Below, in pieces: positions 28,008-43,454 of a DNA stretch of 64,000 nucleotides. The notes below the pieces were generated by a model. It saw only the letters and a program-made list of their open reading frames with translations. It searched no databases and was not told the origin of the DNA. Within the stretch, counting starts at the first letter, position 1; each line of letters begins with the position of its first letter. Made by a program: the position numbers and the translations under genes. This DNA comes from the human T2T-CHM13v2.0 reference genome, Homo sapiens, in contig CP068257.2 in the NCBI GenBank assembly GCA_009914755.4, positions 17,920,001-17,984,000 of the forward strand, in the 5' to 3' direction.

Positions 28008-28559
28008 TGTGATGGTTAATTATGATTGAAGAATACAAAGTATTTTTTCTGCTTGTGTCTGTGAGGGTGTTGCCAAAAGAAATTAACATTTGAGTCAGTG
28101 GACTGGGAGAGGCAAATCCACCCTCAGTCTGAGTGGGCACCATCTAGCTGAATATTATAGCTGCATTTGGTGCACTTGGTGCAGCTAGAATAAAGCAGGC
28201 TGAAGAAAGTGGAAGGACTTGACTTCCCAAGCCTTCTGGCCTTCATCTTTCTCCCATGCTGGATACTTCCTGCCCTTGAGCATCAGACTCCAAGTTCATC
28301 AGCTTTTGGACTCTTGAAATTACACCAGGGGTTTGCCAGGGGCTCTTGGGCCTTAGCCACCAACTGAAGACTGCACTGTCAGCTTCCTTATTATTGAGGT
28401 TTGGGGACTCTTGCTGGCTTTCTTGCCCCTCAGCATGCAGACGGCCCATTGTGAGACTTCACCTTGTGGTCCTGTGAGTCAATACTCTTTAATACACTCC
28501 CCTTCATATATACATCTATCTTATTAGTTCTGTCCCTCTAGAAAGGCCTGACTAATACA
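28008..28559 (+). mobile_element. Solo LTR, ERVL-MaLR-like (TG...CA termini, ends gactaataca), nested in L1 ORF2
   Basis: Starts tgtgatggttaatt and ends ctgactaataca. Interrupts contiguous L1 sequence (...ttagatct | LTR | gatattttcttcttttctag...). Candidate 5-bp TSD gatct/gatat, consistent with MaLR/ERVL integration. Confidence 0.6.
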
Positions 28560-29443
28560 GATATTTTCTTCTTTTCTAGTATATATATTCAATGCTATAT
28601 AATTTCCTCTAAGGATTGCTTTCACTGTGTTTCACAAATTTTGATAAGTTGTATTTTTATTTTCACTTAGTTCAAAATGTTTTTTAACTTGTCTTGAGAT
28701 TTCTTCTTTGCCCATATGTTATTTAGAAGTGTGTTTGGAATTTTTCAATTATCTTTCTGTTATTGATTTACAGTTTAATTCCCGTGTTTTCTAAGAGTAG
28801 TCATTGTATGATTTGTAATCTTTTAAATTGTTGAGGTGTGGTTTATAGCCCAGAATGTGGAATATCTTGGTGAATGTTTTGTGTGAGTTTGAGAAGAATG
28901 TGTATTCTTTCACTGTTGGATAAAGTAGTCTATGAATGTTAATTATATCTAGTTGATTAGTAGAATTGCTGAGTTCAACTGTGTTCTTACTGATTTTTAC
29001 CTGCTGGATCTGTTCACTTCTGATAGAGGTATGTTGAAGCCTCCACATATGATAGTGGATTCACCTATTTCTCCTTGAAGTTCTACCAGCTTTTTCCTCA
29101 CGTATTTTGATGCTGTGTTGTTAGGTGCATATGAGTAAGGATTGTTATATCTTATTGGAGAATATACCCTTTTATTATTTGTAATGCCATCCTTTATCCC
29201 TAATAATTTTTTTTGCTTTGAAGTCTGCTGTGTGTGAATTTAATATAACTATTCCTGTTTGTTTTGATTAGTGTTAGTATGGTGTATATTTCTAAAGCTG
29301 TTACCTTTAATTTATATGTGTCTTTATATTTAAAGTGGGTTTCTTTTTAAAACAAATTAAAGTTGGATGATATTTTCCAATTCACTGACAATCTCTGTCT
29401 TTTAACTGGTACATTTAGACCATTGACATTCAGTGACTGTTAG

Positions 29444-29782
<339 letters not shown>

Positions 29783-32099
29783 CTTTGTTACTTTTTTCTA
29801 TTTGTTCCTTGTTGTTTGTTCTTATTTTTGTCTTCCACTCTTTTCCTGCTTTTGTTATTTTAATTGAGAATTTAATGTAATTTTATTTTCTCTCCTTTCA
29901 TAGAAAATTATCTATACTTTTTTTTTTACTTTGAAAAATTTCCTCTCCTTTTAAGTTGCCAGTTTGACAGGTCAAGAAGATGGCCGGTTACAGTACTCAC
30001 CTTATTTGAACTTCCAGGAGGTTTTGTCACAGTTGGTCCTCTTTTGTCTTTAAACATTTTCTCCTAATATTTTCCAGAATTTTACAACCCCTTGTCGTTT
30101 GTCTTCCTCCTTCCATTGCTCCATCTCCATATTCTCTGTTTTCTCATCGCTTCTCAAATCTCTGATAATTGCCCAGGTTTTGTGCTTGGACCCCTTTTTT
30201 TCTGCATCAGAACTGTTTCTTGTGGTGTTTCATCTAATTCCACAGCTTCACTTGTCTTCTGTGTGTTAATGACTTCCAAACTGATAACTTCAGGCAACAG
30301 CTCTCCTCTGAATTCTAGTTGTGTATATTGAAATTCCTACTGTATATCTTCACTTAGATGACTAATTAGCTGCTCAAATTTCTCATATTAAAAATAACCG
30401 GCATTGGTATAGTCTTCATTGTCACCATGTAATTAGAGAGACCAAAATAAACACCTTTATCAATGAAGACAGACTCTGAGGTTAAGGGAAAAAAAAGAAA
30501 AACACCTACAGATTGAGGGTTCAGGCTTTAGCTGGCATAACAACTTCCTAAATTCCTATGGATACAAGAAAAACTACACTCTTCCTAAGTTCTGGAACAA
30601 TAGGAACTATCACTAATTTACAACCCAGACAACCACAACTGATTGAACAGAGGACTGGCCTTACATTCTTTTCTGCTAGGAAACTGCAGATCTCAAGCCT
30701 GTTTCAGCCAGAATATACTGACTGTGTAAATATTATCTCTGTGCCCTATAGTTAACCTTTTGATGTAAAGAGCCAACATCCATCTCATTTTAGTGCTAAA
30801 ACTCCACCCTAAAGTAATATACACATGTGTTTTTCTCCTCTGTTAATTATGTATAGCTTTCTCCAAAACCTACTAATTATGTATGATTCTATTAATATTT
30901 TGTGGCACAGATCCTGTGGTAAAGCATAAAAAGCAACCTGTCTTTTACCTCTTTAAAAAGAGAGCACCTTAGGTCCATGCCAGAGACTGTCTTTTCCTGG
31001 TTTGCAAACTGATATAGCCAGTAAAATTCTCCTTTCTACTATTTAGCCATCCTGGTGATCTTTTGCGTGGCACCCACTCTAAAACTACACTTGGTTTTCT
31101 TTTCGGTCCAGGATAACAACTTCATTTTTCCTTCTCAACGTTTTTTCCTTAGCAATGATTACCATTTGGCAAGCAATTTTTTTTTTGTAAGTTTTTTACT
31201 TTGTTTGGTTTCTATTTTCTTCCACTAGAATGAAAATAACATAAAGATATATATTTTTATTATTTTGTCTTTTCAAAGCTCATACTTAGATGGTTCCTAG
31301 CCTAGAATTTAACATTGTTGTTGAACAAGTGATTGAAGTTTAGAATTTCAAAAATGAGAACAAAAATAATAATACAACAGTAATTCAGTTACATGTTATT
31401 CAATATTTTCCTCCCAAAAGAGCAAATGTACTGCTGATTTATTTTAAATCCTCCTTGTTTCCAAGCAACATGATTAGTGTTTGCAAATATCCTATTATAA
31501 AATTTTGATCCATATCTTGTAAGGAAATAAAGTTTATTAGTTATGTAGCTTTTTTGAAAGCTTTCATATGCAACTTTCTTTATTTCCTGGTGTTTGACTA
31601 TATTCCTTTTTTTTCTCTTTGATCAACTATTACATTTTTAAAGCAATATTAAAAACCTCTGTAGTCGTAAAGAATTTTTCTCAAGTTAGAGGTAAGATTT
31701 TCTATGTTGTCAATCAGTGCCAGTCCAAGTTGCTATGAGATATATTTCAAAGCTGATGCAACAGCCTATGTATACACTAACTGAAAAACTCTCATTGTCT
31801 TTTTTTAAATGAAATTTTTCTGTTTAAAATGAACTAATTTTAAACATCCTACCTAGCTACAATTTCAAAGATATATGCTTATTACTCTTACGTGAAAACA
31901 GAAAGCAGAAGCATGCAGAGCAGACAAAACTGTTATCTCTTAAACTGCTTCTTCTTTCTTCTTTTACCTCTTTAAGAAGTGATTTCCCCATGGTTATATA
32001 AAAATGTGAATATCCGAACACAGTAAGATTCATACTTGCAAAAGTGAATCTCTGCATTCAACATCTGTCTCCTTGTAGGCTTTTAAAATAATTATGTAG

Positions 32100-32441
<342 letters not shown>

Positions 32442-35400
32442 AGATTTTCCTGATGGTTGGCTATAGTGCATTAAATTTGTTACTGGCCATTTGCCAGTGA
32501 TTTAGTACAATGTAGAGTTAGAAACCTGTTTATCAATACCTAGTCAATACTAAAAATATGAATTTTATTGCTGTATAACATCTCATAAGTTGAAACTTGG
32601 ACATATACATTATGTTAAAAATGTAAAATGAACAGTAACACTTAAACTTCTATAAACCTATTGGGGAGGTTCAATGCTATATGGACATAAATTAGGATAA
32701 TTCTGTAAAGTAAACATAAAGCAAATTGGACCTATTAGAAGAAGTGGCAAGATATGAATTCAAATATCCTATAAACTGATTGAGTATAATTCTTCTTCTT
32801 CTGGCACTTAAAAGCAAATTTGCATATAGATAGGTATGTTTCTGTAAATTAGCTAATTTTTATTGCAGAATCTCAATTTAAAAGTCAGTTTATTTTTTGC
32901 TCATGCTCCATGTTTCATTATCTGTTGTTAGAATGCCTTAAGGTGGTCAAATTTAACAAAATAAATAAATAAATAAAAGGCAACCAGTTCAATTTGAATT
33001 TCAAGTAAACAATGGACATCTTTTTTAGTATAAGTATGTCCCAGGCAATATTTGGAATATACTTTTACTAATGTTGTTTTTGTGGTTGTTTTCTGGAAAT
33101 CAAATGTTACTGGGTATTGTGTATTTTATTTGACAACCATACCCTTGAGGCATCAAAGTAACTCAGAAAGCAGGTTGGCAATTCAGCCAGCCACAATCCC
33201 AGACATCCCTGGTCACCATATTAGAGGAAAGGGGAGTACGGAGTTTCTGCATCAGAGAGTAATGATTATAGTCCTCAATTTTATCAAATTATTTTTTTCT
33301 ATGCTGTTTGCAGACTAACAATCGAGGAGAGTGTTAATTGTTTTTCCCATCTCTTATTTCACATAAATTAATTCATCCTCTAGGAGTCCTCTATAGGTTT
33401 ATAGCCAGTTTTTAATGTTATCCCCTGGGAAAGTAAACTAAGGAGAATATGCTTCAATATAATTATATTTTATCCTTTATTAAAATGGTGAATATATTTT
33501 CTACTAAGTCAGTATGGTTAACAAATATACAAAGCTACTGATGATATCTATGAGAGGATATGCTAAATTAGCTAAAGGGAACAGTCAAAATAGAATTTTG
33601 CAAAATATTTGTTAAGTTTAAGAACAAAATGAAATATAAAATAGCATAGGTAGACAGCATGACTAATAAAAATACACACTGCTGGAATAATCCAGTAGTA
33701 CTGATTTCTTAAACCATTAGTGAAAACTCTTCTTTAAAAACAGAGAGCACCCTTTTGTGTATTTTTATTTAGAGCATATCTTGTATTACAAAGATTTAGA
33801 TCCATCTGTTGTTCCATATTTCTCTAAAATTTCTAAAGAAATAAAGCTCAATATTGACTATGTGTCGTCAATCTCTCTGTTAAGAAAAAAATCAAATTAT
33901 GAACTCCTATAACAAAAACTGGAACTTAATCATTTACAGTATCTAGATGCTGAAGTAGCAAAGATTAGACAAGAGCAAATTGGGTTAATTTCAATGAATA
34001 TTATTTTGGTTTAATTGGGGAGAATATATGGAGGAATTTTTTTCAATATTCAAAGGTGATCAAATCCAAATATGTTGTTTAGTTTGAGATGTCAAAATAT
34101 TGGAGTGCATGAAGACTACAGACAATAAAAACTTAAATGAAAGGATTAGGAGGCCAAAATTCTGAGAATAATTTAAAGCATATTTGTAATGTGTCTTTCT
34201 CTTGGAAAGTTATTGGTTAATGATTTTATTTGCTTTTCCAGTCTCTTTGGTATCTGCCGTGAAAGCAAGATGACAAAGGGAACGCCCTTGTTTGTAGTGT
34301 TGCAATAACACTCGCTCTTGGGCCACCACTGTGGTCTAAGATCTATCACCTGCAGAAGTGACCTGTGGCAAGTGTGGCTACTCTGCCAAGCACAGGAGAA
34401 AGTATAACTGGAGTGCCAAGGCTAAAAGACAAAATACCACTGGGACTGGTTGAATGAGGCAGCTAAAAATTGTGTACAGCAGGTTCAGGCATGGATTCCA
34501 CGAAGAAACAACACCTAAGCCCAAGAGAGCAGCTGCTTGCAGAGTCCAATTCATCTTCAGAATTTCAGTGACTGGAAATGCAACGAATGCTCTAGTTTTA
34601 TATTTTTTTCTTAAAGATTTTATTTTCTTGCTTGTTCATTTTTGCTTGCAGATAGAGAATTTACCTTAATGCTGGGACAGCTTTCCATCTTTGAGTCTAG
34701 AATTTCTATGTGCCTCTTTAGTTTTCGGAGAGAACTAGTCAAATTTGAGGGGTCTCAAGTATTACTAAAGGAGGGTGAGAAAGATTTTACACTTTCTTTT
34801 CTGGTTTAGGATTTGAAGACATCTGTTCTCAGTAATTTTTAGACTATTAATTTTGTTGAAAAAATTAAAGGATGGTTCTGGATATATGCCTCCTTTTATC
34901 TCTGGCTTTAATTATAACATTGCCTCATTATTAACAGTAATTATGTTTTAAGAGTATATTTGAGCTTTACAAACTTGTTAGTATTAAACATTTGTATATC
35001 TATTGAATACTTTAACTCATATATTTAAATTTCTTAGTACCAAATTAAACTTATTATAAAACTAAATAAACTTCTATTTACTGGAAATTGTATTTCTTGT
35101 TTATATTCTCATTACAGTTTATAGGTAGGCACCGCTTATCATTATTACCATTGATAGTATATTGAAACCCTTGTTGTAATTCCAGTTGAGAGAAATCAAG
35201 AAGTTGTACAAAGAAGTTTTACCAAGAGAAGAATTCAACTAGACACACATCCATACATACTTGCATAACCTATGAATAGTGTTAAGACTATATTATTAAA
35301 AGTATTGGTTAATTAATAATTAAGTATACAGAACTTCAAATAAGTACTACTTCTATTATTTGACCTCCATTTTCTGTTCTAGTATTTTTGTTGGAAGCCA

Positions 35401-35669
35401 TAAAACAATTTGTATCATGTAAGACTCAGAAAAATAAGAAAATTTGCACAAACTTGGAGAAAATCTAGAGTAATTATACCTTCTTTAAGATAATAGATAA
35501 AATTATTTCAATAAATAAATTTTATCAATTTACTTGACATTTATATTTCTATGGTAAATATTGCAGACTGGCAACAGATGATAACTTCAAATAGTGTTCT
35601 AGAATGTCATTCTAGCTTGCATAGCATAATTTTTTCACAGATGTTCTATAATAGTATTCCAAAATGCTA

Positions 35670-36060
<391 letters not shown>

Positions 36061-36112
36061 GAAAGAAAGAAAGAAAAAAGAAAAGAAAAAAAGAAAGAAA
36101 AGAGAAGAAATG
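36061..36112. repeat. (GAAA)n microsatellite grown from the Alu A-tail
   Basis: gaaagaaagaaagaaaaaagaaaagaaaaaaagaaagaaaagagaag. Confidence 0.8.
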
Positions 36113-36361
36113 GTAAAAGGATGTGGTCTCTATTTTTAGATTAGGAAATCAAAACAGAGAGAGGGGTTAGAAACTTTGCTCAAAAGAGTAACATTACTGA
36201 ATGAGAGAATGATTATTAAAACAGTTGTAGTCTAATGTGCTTTTCAGTTAAATAAATTATTCCTTCTCATGTCTTAGTAAAGGGACAAATCTGTTAATCC
36301 AATTTATATTGCCTCCTAGGCACTTTTTACAGAAACCAGGTAACTGGGTCTTTCATCAAGT

Positions 36362-36724
36362 TCTATGGTCTGAATATTTGTGTCCCTTCAAAATTCCTAT
36401 ATTGAAATCTTGCCCCACAAGGTGATGGTAATAAGAGGCAGGGCCCTGGGGAGATGATTAGGTCATGGGGGCAGGGTCTCATTAATAGGATTAGTGACCT
36501 TAGAAAAGAGGCCTAAGAGAGACCCTGCTCACCCCTTCCACCACATTTGGACAGAGCAAAACGTTGCTGTCTCTAAGGCCGAAAGTGTGCTCTGACCAGA
36601 CACCAGATCAGCTCTTGATATTGAACTTCTCAGTCTCCAGAACTGTGAGAAATAAATTTCAATTGTTTAAAAGCTCTTCAGTTCATGGTATTGTGTTGTA
36701 GCAGCTCAAATAAACTAAAACATC
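36362..36724 (+). mobile_element. ERVL-MaLR-type solo LTR (MLT/MST-like), plus orientation
   Basis: tctatggtctgaatatttgtgtcccttcaaaattcctatattgaaatcttgccccacaaggtgatggtaataagaggcagggcc...ctcagtctccagaactgtgagaaataaatttcaattgtttaaaagctcttcagttcatggtattgtgttgtagcagctcaaataaactaaaacatc. Confidence 0.7.
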
Positions 36725-38321
36725 AAGTAAGCCAAGATTTGCAATTGCAAGCACCCAGCACAGTTTTGGGGATCTGTCTAAATAAAGACAGCAAATCCTC
36801 TCAAAAGTCTTAGTCTTAGCATCCTTAAAGCAATCTTTTAAAATAAAGTCACGAAAAAACTCTCCTGAAGCTTTAGGAATTTATTTGAATCACAGAATGA
36901 TCATGCCATTGTCAAATAGCTCAAAAACAAATACAAGTATTACTTCAAAATAATACTAGTTATATATAATAATTATAAAAAACATACCAGAATTTTATAA
37001 TGTTAAAGAACTTAATCCGAGTACCATTCTTGAACATTTTCACAAGAATAAGAAACATGAAGGCTATGGTCTTTGGAAAAGGTTTGCTATTGAACAAATC
37101 TTTGACACTTGGCAAATTACTAACTTCTTTTTTTTTTTTTTTCTATTTTCTTTAAATGGCACTTTCCAAAAGTACTCTTCAGGGGTATTTGAGTATTAAT
37201 TAATGGATGTATGTAAAGCACCGTCCTAATGCTAAATGTGTCCTCTAATAAAGTAACTGTAAGGTGTATGTAAGGTTTCAGTCTTTTAAAGCACTACTAT
37301 TATTTTGTTTTTTTTGTTCTTGCTAAAGCTTATGTGTATATATGCATATATATTTTTAACATACAAATATATAAAACATTTGTATATAAAACTTTCATCA
37401 AAAAATCCTTCATTTGAGTAGAATATATTTACTGTCAATATGCACACTGCAGTATGCTATATCTTAGGGGTTTCATTCTGAAGAGTCATATTTGCTGGCT
37501 TTTTGGGCTTATGTTCTTGGGGGTGAATATAAACATTGGGGTTCCACAAAGAAGTATAGTATGAGAAAAAAACCTAATTTAGCAAGGTTTGAGTAACAAT
37601 TATAAGGCTCTGAGTAAAATACAAAACAAGCTGTTGTTTTGTACCCATTAACTAAAAATCCAATGAAGTAAAAACAAATATGATCTAATGTTCAGTAGCA
37701 CAACAGGGTGACTATAATTAACAATAATTTATTGTATATTTCAAAATAACTAGAAGAGTAAAATTGGAATGTTTCTAACACAATTAAATAATAAATACTT
37801 GAGGTTATGAAAATCCCAATTACCTTGATTTGATTACTACACACTATATGCTTGTATCAAAAACATTACAGGTACCCCATCGATATGTAAAACTATAATG
37901 TATCCATAACAAAATTTTTAATGAAAAAATACAAAGAACAATGGGGAGAGGAGAACAAATAGAAGATAGTGGTCTTCAAATTTTTTTTGAATGCACATCC
38001 CACCGTTAAAAAATTTTAAGTACTCCTCCACAGTACATAAACATTTGTCTACTTACACTAGTAATTGAATAAGTATACAAACTGTAAGCATATGTTATCA
38101 AAATATACCAGATAAAATTAAAAACAATGAAATAAGAGTGAAGTAAACATTTTTTAATTCATCAGTGGAGCAGCTCTTTCTGCTCCCACTGACAATATTA
38201 CTATAAAACTATCATATGGAAGAAGATTGTCCTCTGCCAGGCTAACAAATATTACGGTATGCAGTTTCTATCTCATACTGCAAACTTGCATGACAAAATC
38301 AGCTTTTTCTTTCTTGTTTTC

Positions 38322-38370
38322 TTGATTTTGTGTGTGTATGTGGTGTGTGTGTGTGTGTGTGTGTGTGTGC
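38322..38370. repeat. (GT)n microsatellite
   Basis: gtgtgtgtatgtggtgtgtgtgtgtgtgtgtgtgtgtgtgtgc. Confidence 0.85.
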
Positions 38371-39327
38371 TTTTTTTGTTTTGGTCACTCTGTTATTTTT
38401 GCAAACAAATTAGAGAGTGTTGCATTTTTATCTGTTAAATTACACATTTGAATCACACTGAAACTCATTTGGAAAACGGTTGGACAGATTTGAATCTATG
38501 ATGTTTCTTTATATAAAGTATCATTCACTAAAGTTCTGAATGTGATGTGAGACCTTAAGTCAGTAAATAAATTTGGAACACTTTTATTAAATATATCAAA
38601 GACTACTACAATGTTAAACAACATTGCACCTTGCAATCTAAATAAATGCATACAATCTTCTATCACAATCTTAGGTATGGCAATATAACTAAAAGAAAAC
38701 CACCGTTTATTGAAGTGTGCAACAATGTAGAAAAACAAATTTATTGTTTTTATTACACAAAATCCAACTACAAGATTCATTTTTCTTTTATGGCTAGGTT
38801 AATTAAATAAGGTGTGTTTCAATTTGGGGAATAGAGCTTTGTTGTGGACTGAGACCTCGTTCAAGTGGAAAGACAGTAACTGTCACTATACTTAGTTCTA
38901 ATTTCAAAGCTACTCATAATGCAGAAAATAGGTGAAAAAAATTCAATCAAGAAAGTTGAGTAATATTTTAGAAAAAGTAGCATAAAAACCTAAAATCATT
39001 ATATTAATAAACATCTAAATATTTGATAACTTTGTCATTTTTGCCTCTGTATTTAATTTTTTTTATTTTGAGCATGCTTACATTTATTCTGAGATCTTCT
39101 CTTACTTTAGAAACCCATTTCTTTTGATGAAGAGAAAAAATAAAGAAACTGTATTTCACTATTTGTTTAGTGGCTACATCTACCATTACATTTAGGAAAA
39201 TAAAGTGTCAAGTCATAGCTGTGTCATCATAAATATATTGGCTTAAGATATGTTTTAAAAATCACTATGTGAATTGTAATTTTAGTATAATATGTTTTTA
39301 ATTTTTTGAAAATATTTAGGTGGTGTA

Positions 39328-39810
<483 letters not shown>

Positions 39811-40262
39811 TCAAAAGAAGTAGGAATTTTTTTCTCCTAATGTGACATTCAATGTTTGTTCCCAAGTTCCTTAACACTAACTACTAACATAATCTACAAA
39901 TTGATGTTAACTTTTTAAAATATTATAGATATCAAGATGTGGATTTGGGGATTGCTGAATATATATAATTGTATTGATGAGAATATCACACAAATAAATA
40001 GAAGTTTGATAATGTCCATAATGCTACTAACCTAACTCTATAAATTAATGTTACATTTTCAAATTATTATGGATACAGAGTATTGATTTGGCAATTATTG
40101 AATATATCTAAAAGTATTAATGAAAATATTTTAAAATAAATGTTTTATAGCTGTTAAGCTTGCAAAGCATATATATAAGTTTGCTTACTTGTTGAATTTT
40201 TATATTGATAATGTATATATGCAAATTACTGCTGTAAAATGACAATAAATTTGTTAACGTAA

Positions 40263-40566
<304 letters not shown>

Positions 40567-40914
40567 GGAATGAATCTTAACAGAATAATTGTATTACTAC
40601 AACCACGAAGGGGTGTCAAGATGGCTGAATATTGCATACTCGTTGTAATCTGCCCCAAGTGTGTGATCTTAATTCCTTAGTATCTCTAAATCTAAATTGT
40701 CTTGTTGCTAATATAGAATCATGCTAGATTATTCCTAAAGTCTCTTTGATCAATAAAACAGCTTTCTACAGTGGTCATATAACAATTAATTTTATTAATA
40801 TAAAATCATATTAAAATGTGAAATTGCAAGTCTATATAGTATAAGAATGTGATGCAATTTACCAGTCTTCCTGTTTTTTTCTTTTGTTTTGTTTTTTAAG
40901 ATATTAGAAATCTT

Positions 40915-41232
40915 TACCAGAGTAGGTTCAGAGATTCCAACTCAACCACATGGTGGAAGATTTATGGACAAAACAAGGAAAGTGATGTACAGAACACAGA
41001 AGTGAGGTACAGAAACAGACTAATTTGGTTATAGCTTGGTGTTTGCCTTTTTTGAACATCGTTTAAACAGTTGGCCACCTTTGATTGGCCAAAACTCGGT
41101 GATTGGCACAAGAGTAGGCTACAGTCTGTTTACAGTTTCATTTAGGTTATAGTTCACAATGTATGGACATATCTTTAGGCTGAACTGAAAATATGTAGGG
41201 AGGTATCTTAAGGCTAAACTTGATTTAACAAT
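40915..41232 (+). repeat. Copy 1 of a ~320-bp direct repeat (candidate LTR; pairs with 47440-47760)
   Basis: ccagagtaggttcagag...acatggtggaagatttatggacaaaacaaggaaagtgatgtacag...gaggtacagaaacagactaatttggttatagcttggtgtttgcc...cacctttgattggccaaaactcggtgattggcacaagagtaggctacagtctgtttacagtttcatttagg...ttaaggctaaacttgatttaacaa. Confidence 0.6.
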
Positions 41233-43159
41233 TCTTCCCCATTGGTCATCCTCTCAATTTTGAGATTGACCAAAACATTAGTCATTGATGTCATTATCAC
41301 TATTGTAAATGTACTTATTTAGTCTTGAAGCCCACTGCAAAATAATAGAACGGTGAGTTTTGTAAGGTGGGAACAAAGACTTTAGGTTATTTTTTGCAAG
41401 GGTTACAATAGAGGGTACCTCCTTATTCTGGAATGTCCTATTTACAGGATAAAAACAAAGCCTAGTCTTTTCTAGGATCTATGTGTTTCCTTAAAGCCTT
41501 AGTTTGATATGTCACGTTTAGCACAAGTGACTCCATTTTGGTTTAGTTTTGTCTGTTGGGGCTTAGTGCCTAAGCTCAGTCCAAAACAATGGCCTCCCAT
41601 AATTTTGTTTTAAAAATTTGCCCCTTTTGGCCAAGTTCTCACTTAGGTAAGAGTGTGGCCAAAACTTAGGGCCTTCACATCATTCTCAGTTACCATAATT
41701 TTGAGTTTCCAGTCTCAGCAGGTCATTCATTGGTTACATTGCCATCATGGCCACAAATTTGTTTCAGCTCTTGTCATTCTAGTTAAAGAGAGACGGTTTG
41801 ACATTCTAGGGATGGCTGCAAGCAAACATTTAAAACTTTTGAGAGAATACAGTGCACCAGGGAGACTACTATTATGACTATCAGGAGGAAAATACCAATG
41901 GTTTGATGTATGCTCCTTAGCCAGGGTCCCCATAAACCAAACTAATGAAAATCAAGTAAATCAAAACATGAGCTAGATAGAGTCTACTCACTTCAACTAA
42001 GTAGTCTCTTTGTTAATTGCAATAACTGAATCTCTATAATACCCAATGTGATGTATTTTTCTATGGGCAACAAGTCCCAGCAGCTGCACAGATATTTCTC
42101 GTTTAGCCAGTAAGTAATCTAGAGCAAATCTATTTATTTATCATAACTTTCACAAGAGAATTCAGTCTGTTGTGCATCCATAGGCTTTACAGTAGAATCT
42201 GCTGTAGAGCCTATCATGAGGGATAAATTCCTGGTGATTGCCTAATTTACTCCAAACCATGGGGGGAAAACAGACCTAACAAATGATGCCCTTCTAGAAT
42301 AGTGAAGGCCTCTTGGAACAGTTCTCTTTAATCCATGATGTGAGTTAAGCGGAGTGAACGAATGTTCTGTTTCTGACTGATTGTGGGGCAACACATGAAC
42401 CATTAAAATTCTTTGCCTACATTGGGCCTTCATCTTTCATCTATGAAGGTATAAGCTTATTCATGGAAAAAAACTGGCCACAAAATTATTCAAAAAATGA
42501 AAGTACACCCCATGAGTGCGCACAACAGACCCTCTTTTCACTCTGTTGTTCATAGAAGCAGAAACAAGGGGAAAAAAAAAGAAGGATAAGAGCCTCAAGA
42601 TATTAGAGATGTCTTGATCCATGATCTTGGGAAAAAGCTGTCCACATCAAAGACGCCATCTTCTTCTGGGGAGAAACTTCCCTGATTACTTTAACTTAAG
42701 GTTCTCAATCGGTGTACAGTTTCAAGAGTGTGGAAATACACTTATGAGGTGTGAGATTATGAACTCAAGGTTCAAGGTCCCGAAGTGTTGCTGCAGTGTA
42801 GATGGCAAGGTCAGTCTTTCTCTGATATTCTCAGAAGATCCAGTCTTTGGGTTCTAGATTGTGAAGGGATTGATTGTCCTGTCAGTGAACCATGAAAAGC
42901 TTTCTTTACCTGGTGAAAATACACTGTGGCATAATGAGCGACTCTTATAACATCAAACTTCTTGCATGGAAAAACTTTTATACAACCAGAAAACATGCAT
43001 TGAAAATAACAATGGAATGAAATCTCCTCATAAATATATGAATGGCCCATCAGGTAGCAGAATGTACCTGAAATTTTGATAGTCTTTCCAGGAATATGGG
43101 TTTGATAAACCAAACATTTGTCATAAACCATATTAGCAATTTAGAAGTCACCACACGCA

Positions 43160-43454
43160 GGCCGGGCATGGTGGCTCATGCCTGTAATCCCAGCACTTTG
43201 GGAGGCCTAGGCGGGTGGATCACGAAGTCAGGAGATGGAGACCATCCTGGCCAACATGGTGAAATCCCGTCTCTGCTAAAAATACAAAAAATAGCTGTTG
43301 TGGTGGTGCGTGCCTGTAATCCCAGCTACTAGGGAGGCTGGGGCAGGAGGATAGCTTGAACCAGGGAGTCAGAGGTTACAGTGAGCCGAGACTATGCCAC
43401 TGCACTCCAGCTGTGCTACAGAGCAAGATTCCAACAACAACAACAACAAAAAAG
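43160..43454 (+). mobile_element. Alu SINE (AluS/Y-like, plus orientation) with (CAA)n-containing tail
   Basis: ggccgggcatggtggctcatgcctgtaatcccagcactttgggaggcctaggcgggtggatcacgaagtcaggagatggagacc...ccactgcactccagctgtgctacagagcaagattccaacaacaacaacaacaaaaaa. Confidence 0.9.
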